A stretch of 10,043 bases of DNA from a virus (taxonomy: Duplodnaviria; Heunggongvirae; Uroviricota; Caudoviricetes), in the IMG/VR virus record IMGVR_UViG_3300033072_000187, positions 64,001-74,043 of that record. One strand, written 5' to 3'. Positions within the stretch are counted from its first letter, which is position 1, and every line of letters begins with the position of its first letter. The notes below the pieces were generated by a model, which saw only the letters and a program-made list of their open reading frames with translations, made no database searches and was not told the origin of the DNA. The translations under genes and the position numbers were made by a program. Positions 6,649 through 10,043 of the stretch are shown one piece after another.

Positions 6649-6777
6649 TTATTTAGAACCAAGAGGTAAAGTACTTAAGTACCTTAACACCTTATTCTTT
6701 ACCCCACTACCTATGTAATAAACAGAACCATCTGTTTTACGTTTATGGAAATAAACGCAGTATTTTCTATCATTCAT
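6649..6777 (-). pseudogene. Truncated GIY-YIG homing endonuclease remnant (42 aa)
   Basis: Hand translation MNDRKYCVYFHKRKTDGSVYYIGSGVKNKVLRYLSTLPLGSK*: CVY-(11 aa)-YIG matches GIY-YIG spacing and the phage VY-x-H-x5-G-x2-FY(V/I)G-x-G subfamily; stops long before the catalytic Glu/Asn region. In-frame TAG two codons upstream of the ATG. Confidence 0.65.
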
Positions 6778-6800
6778 TTGCTAGTCTCGCAGTCACCATA

Positions 6801-6867
6801 TTAAGATAATAGGCAGGATTAATGACTAATTAATCTTTTCGGGAGCTACCCTAGCCATTACCTTTAA
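6801..6867 (-). other. Candidate structured RNA leader (three-way junction)
   Basis: Hand fold: long P1 (UUAAAGGUAAUGGC / GCCUAUUAUCUUAA), P2 GGG-UAGCU-CCC, GAAAA linker, P3 GAUUAAU-UAGUC-AUUAAUC (7 perfect pairs). Confidence 0.5.
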
Positions 6868-6869
6868 AC

Positions 6870-8339
6870 TTAAGATTTGTTTTCCATATTCATTGCTGAA
6901 CTATCGCCTCCAGCAACAGAGGTGCTTGTACCTTCACCTGCTGTTTTATAACCATCTCCGCTTCTTGAGGTTTTTTCTGGAAGTAAGGCTTCCCAATCAT
7001 CTGATTCTGTCATTGGATCAAGACCAAGCGGTGTTCTAACAGCATTGATAACATCAAGGTCTTTCGTTAGATAACCAACAGCACCAATACGGGAGACATA
7101 TTTGCTAATTTCTTCCAATGATTGATCAGATACACTATCAAAATCTAGTCTTGGCATCCTAGTAGTATCCCATTCGTTAATCTCGTAGATTTGCTGAATT
7201 AATTGTTTATTAATTTCATCCGCTACGGAAGTAAGAAATTGTTCTACAAAAGCCCCAATCAATGTTTGTTTAGCACTTGCTAAGTTGTAGCTTCCTGTAT
7301 TGCTTGTACCAAGAATAAGGAGATCAGCGAACAAAGCAATATGAATAGCATCACGGTAATATTTTTTGATAGTAGTTGTATCAAAAGATTTCTTACCTAC
7401 AGATTCGAGCAGGTCTAAGCTAAATAAAGGTTGTCTAGTCTCAGGATCTGTTGCACTAGGTAGAATAATCCCCGATTGCGATCCTTGTTGCAGATTATTA
7501 AGCATTTGCATATAGTATTGGTAAATGCTCTTTTGTGCAGGAGTAGCTTCACTGGACATATACTGTGCTGGCATAGTCAAAAGTGGGATACCCTGTAAGT
7601 CTTTAGAAAGCCCTTGGGCTTCAATCTTTTCGATCTCAGTGAGAAATTTCCAAGATACATAAGCATCAATTAGAGGAGACTTACCAACAGGACTTCCACA
7701 ATGTTGTCCAACTCTAAACAATAAGAATTTTGATCTAGGAAGATCAACAACATTCCCTTTATTAGTGAATCTTCTAAAATTATCCTGTAATGCTGTAATA
7801 TTTTGTCTTACCCCGATTACATCATTACCATCTTCTGAGAAATGGAACTTTGTAATACTTCTTTGGTTCCTGAATCCAAGTCTTTTAATACCAGCAATTT
7901 TCCTTGGAGAATCCTCTTGTGGAATATATACTTTTTCAAAAATACTAAAGCCATAAGTATAAGCACTACATACTTCTGTTAAAAAATCATTAAAAGATTG
8001 GTCTTTCATATTCTTCAACCAACCTTCAATCATTTCTGCTTTTTTCTTTTCACTTTTAGTAGCATTAACAGGAGGTTTAATTTTCCATGTACTTTTACTT
8101 GCAATAAGCTCAAATAACTTAATACTTGAAGCTACAGCAGAGTGATAAGACATCTCTTTGAATGTAGCTAAAGAAGCAGGGAAATTTAAAGCAGATTTAA
8201 GTTCGTCTTGCGGAATACCAGAGAAATTATTATTAGCTATATACCCAAGCTCTCCTAGTCTAAAAGCTGAAGGAGTATCATAAGGATTTAATGCTTTATT
8301 TATTTCTACGGCTTCAGTTTTAACCTTTGTTCTTGGCAT
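6870..8339 (-). CDS. Portal protein (DUF935-like family)
   Basis: Directly follows terL; motifs RLGELGY, GKSPLIDAY-x2-WKF, EA-x-G-x2-KDL-x-GIP, GSYNLA and a C-terminal SR-x-GDG...D-x-S-x2-N-x-EN tail. Start moved from 8423 to 8339 (MPRTKV, 489 aa) because GAAAGAGAG precedes that ATG and the 28-aa extension crosses an AT-rich hairpin. Confidence 0.88.
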   Translation of the reverse strand: MPRTKVKTEAVEINKALNPYDTPSAFRLGELGYIANNNFSGIPQDELKSALNFPASLATFKEMSYHSAVASSIKLFELIASKSTWKIKPPVNATKSEKKKAEMIEGWLKNMKDQSFNDFLTEVCSAYTYGFSIFEKVYIPQEDSPRKIAGIKRLGFRNQRSITKFHFSEDGNDVIGVRQNITALQDNFRRFTNKGNVVDLPRSKFLLFRVGQHCGSPVGKSPLIDAYVSWKFLTEIEKIEAQGLSKDLQGIPLLTMPAQYMSSEATPAQKSIYQYYMQMLNNLQQGSQSGIILPSATDPETRQPLFSLDLLESVGKKSFDTTTIKKYYRDAIHIALFADLLILGTSNTGSYNLASAKQTLIGAFVEQFLTSVADEINKQLIQQIYEINEWDTTRMPRLDFDSVSDQSLEEISKYVSRIGAVGYLTKDLDVINAVRTPLGLDPMTESDDWEALLPEKTSRSGDGYKTAGEGTSTSVAGGDSSAMNMENKS

Positions 8340-8365
8340 ATTGCTCTCTTTCATAAACCGAAAAT

Positions 8366-8418
8366 TCAATAAAATAAAACAGAGAGTATCTTGTAAGTTA
8401 ATACAAAATATTCTCTGT
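8366..8418 (-). terminator. Long hairpin plus U-rich tract between terL and portal (possible terminator/attenuator or processing site)
   Basis: Minus strand ACAGAGA-A-UAUUUUGUA-UUAACU-UACAAGAUA-C-UCUCUGU (16 pairs including one G-U, one A-C mismatch) followed by UUUAUUUUAUU. Confidence 0.45.
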
Positions 8419-8427
8419 GACATATAT

Positions 8428-9858
8428 TTATTGAATGTTATTAAATATGTTCTCTGTTGATAAATCTGGAAGAGTGAAGTCTGGGATTACAATACCTTTT
8501 GCTAAATGATAAAATGCATCACTAGTGGCATCTGCACGATCATCATGTGTTTTACTATTAAATTCTGTGGTTTCTAATTCAGAAACATACTCTTCTGTCC
8601 AATCAGATTTAACAATTGACACAAAACCTGCTTCGGCTACAGAAGCGAACGGTAGAAATCTTTGTAACTTTCCCTTTTCAGGTCTAGTGAGTTTTACGGT
8701 ATAACCAAGCTCGGCTAAACGTCTTGCTAAGTCTCTGCAGTAAACTGACGCGGTGGCTCCCGGATCCAAGGGTACACTAACTACAGTTTCGTACCCATCT
8801 TTTACTGCTGTTTCAAAGATTTTTTGTTCAACTTCATGTACTCTTTTTCTTAATGTTACAACATCCTCTACAGTATAGTGACTATATTCATCTTTTGATA
8901 TTAGGACACCTGCTGTAGCATCTACTCGTGGTCTTGATTCAGATGGCTCAGAAAACGCAAGGTCCCAAGCACGTACGCGGCGTTTTGCTAAAATATTTGG
9001 GCGATCTACAAAACTCACCCATTCTCGCTTAAAGAATCCACTACTCTGTTCTTTTACCCAAGCACCATGCAGCAGTCTCTTGCTCTCTGTAGGAGGGAGG
9101 GCTTTTAATGTAGAAATATAGTCTTTATTTTGTTCCAGACCTACAGGGTTATCGAAAATAGACCCCGGTATGAAACGATAGGATTTAACAGGCGAATCAC
9201 CTCGTTTATCCTTAGGGTATACTGAATATGCTTCTTCTTTGTCGTCAAAAAATTCTAATTTAAGTCCGTCACGAACAAAGTATCTTTCAGGGTAATACTC
9301 TCTGCGGACAGGGATTAAATGTTCGTCTAACGAGTGTTCAACAAACTGCATCAAGAACGAACTTGGCTCTGGGTTACAAGTTGCAAAGGCTTGAAGCGGA
9401 TAATCTACGCGCATAGAACGCAATCTGCTTAATGCGTAGAATACATTATCAGAAGATAATTGCTGGCACTCATCTAGCAAAATACGACTAAACTCTTTCC
9501 CCTGTAAATTCTGTCTATCTTTTGGAGCGTCAAGATAAGTAAATTGTAATTCAGCGCCAGACGAAAATACAATAGTTAAATCTCTAGTCTTAACCTTCAT
9601 TTTTGGGTCAATCTTAGAGTATAGATTGATAGCCGCATCAAACAATCCGCCACTTCCTGATAACATCTTGGTCGTTTTGCGGATGAGGATTGCGCGTGTT
9701 CCGGGATGGTGTATGATAGGCAACATACTACCTAATAAACACATTGATTTTCCAGCGAAAGCTGCGCCACCATATATGGTAAGCCATGAATCGGAATTTA
9801 AAAATTGCTCCTGCGGCTTAGACACAGGAGCAAAGACTACGTTATCATAGTTTGCCAA
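8428..9858 (-). CDS. terL: Terminase large subunit
   Basis: 476 aa; Q motif (PQEQFL), Walker A GAAFAGKS, Walker B ILLDE, coupling motif ATCNP, RNase H-like nuclease motifs RAWDLA and HDDRAD. TTG start with GAGAGGT SD. Confidence 0.93.
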   Translation of the reverse strand: MANYDNVVFAPVSKPQEQFLNSDSWLTIYGGAAFAGKSMCLLGSMLPIIHHPGTRAILIRKTTKMLSGSGGLFDAAINLYSKIDPKMKVKTRDLTIVFSSGAELQFTYLDAPKDRQNLQGKEFSRILLDECQQLSSDNVFYALSRLRSMRVDYPLQAFATCNPEPSSFLMQFVEHSLDEHLIPVRREYYPERYFVRDGLKLEFFDDKEEAYSVYPKDKRGDSPVKSYRFIPGSIFDNPVGLEQNKDYISTLKALPPTESKRLLHGAWVKEQSSGFFKREWVSFVDRPNILAKRRVRAWDLAFSEPSESRPRVDATAGVLISKDEYSHYTVEDVVTLRKRVHEVEQKIFETAVKDGYETVVSVPLDPGATASVYCRDLARRLAELGYTVKLTRPEKGKLQRFLPFASVAEAGFVSIVKSDWTEEYVSELETTEFNSKTHDDRADATSDAFYHLAKGIVIPDFTLPDLSTENIFNNIQ

Positions 9859-9897
9859 TTATTACCTCTCTTTAAATCTATTCGACCCTCCAAACCT

Positions 9898-9948
9898 AGC
9901 AATCTAAGGGTGTAATTACCTTTTTCAATCCGTCGATCTATCCTTGCT
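9898..9948 (-). other. Second candidate three-way-junction RNA element upstream of terL
   Basis: Hand fold: P1 AGCAA..UA / UA..UUGCU, P2 GAUC-GACG-GAUU, GAAAA linker, P3 AGG-UAAUUACAC-CCU. Weaker stems than the element at 6801-6867. Confidence 0.35.
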
Positions 9949-9958
9949 TTAAAACTAA

Positions 9959-10043
9959 TTACTCCACTTCAGGGTTAATAACTGTTAGACTAAATACAGG
10001 CGCAGAAGGTTGTTGTATCTCTTCCCCTGCTTCGTCACCCGAA
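9959..10043 (-). CDS. 3' end of upstream gene, probably terminase small subunit (...SGDEAGEEIQQPSAPVFSLTVINPEVE*)
   Basis: Open frame from the window edge to TAA at 9961-9959; acidic linker followed by a terminal hydrophobic strand (VFSLTVI), directly upstream of terL, as expected for a TerS C terminus. Identity rests on position. Confidence 0.5.
   Translation of the reverse strand, partial: SGDEAGEEIQQPSAPVFSLTVINPEVE

Noticed and set aside
6826-6858. Mini-ORF MARVAPEKIN* inside the first RNA element
   Set aside because: The AAGG lies only 2 nt from the ATG and both are buried in P1; no support for translation.
6801-6867. Assignment of the three-way junction to a hammerhead or HDV-like ribozyme
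   Set aside because: No CUGANGA core and no nested double pseudoknot could be drawn; only the GAAA-like linker is shared.
7765-7956. Plus-strand 63-aa ORF
   Set aside because: Antisense shadow of the portal gene.
8340-8423. 28-aa N-terminal extension of the portal given by the ORF track
   Set aside because: Crosses an intergenic hairpin, lacks an SD, and reads as non-coding AT-rich sequence; ATG at 8339 has a purine-rich SD.
9626-9850. Plus-strand 74-aa ORF
   Set aside because: Antisense shadow of terL.
8428-9858. Intein or group I intron in terL or portal
   Set aside because: Both frames are continuous, of normal length, and show no splicing motifs.
1-10043. CRISPR array, tRNA, integrase or transposon
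   Set aside because: No spaced direct repeats, cloverleaf or recombinase motifs were seen; nearly all of the window is coding.

Overview
AT-rich tailed-phage (Caudoviricetes) DNA packaging and head morphogenesis module, encoded entirely on the minus strand. In transcription order: 3' end of a probable small terminase, large terminase (TTG start), portal, a 42-codon GIY-YIG homing-endonuclease remnant absent from the ORF track, a single-TM coiled-coil (holin-like) protein, a near-consensus sigma70 promoter, a ChaB-like/XkdF-type prohead protease, a scaffold-like protein, a lambda gpD-type head decoration protein, a lambda gpE-type major capsid protein, a terminator, a 972-aa mosaic beta-rich structural protein, a second terminator, and the 5' end of another small ORF. 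The layout resembles Pakpunavirus-type head modules (recognition from memory, no search run). The most unusual items are two intergenic segments that fold into the same three-way-junction topology with a shared GAAAA linker, the multi-module 972-aa protein after the capsid gene, a strong [VIL]-x-K-[AS] enrichment in the scaffold that may reveal protease specificity, and a probable in-frame internal start in the scaffold gene. All folds and domain calls were made by eye.
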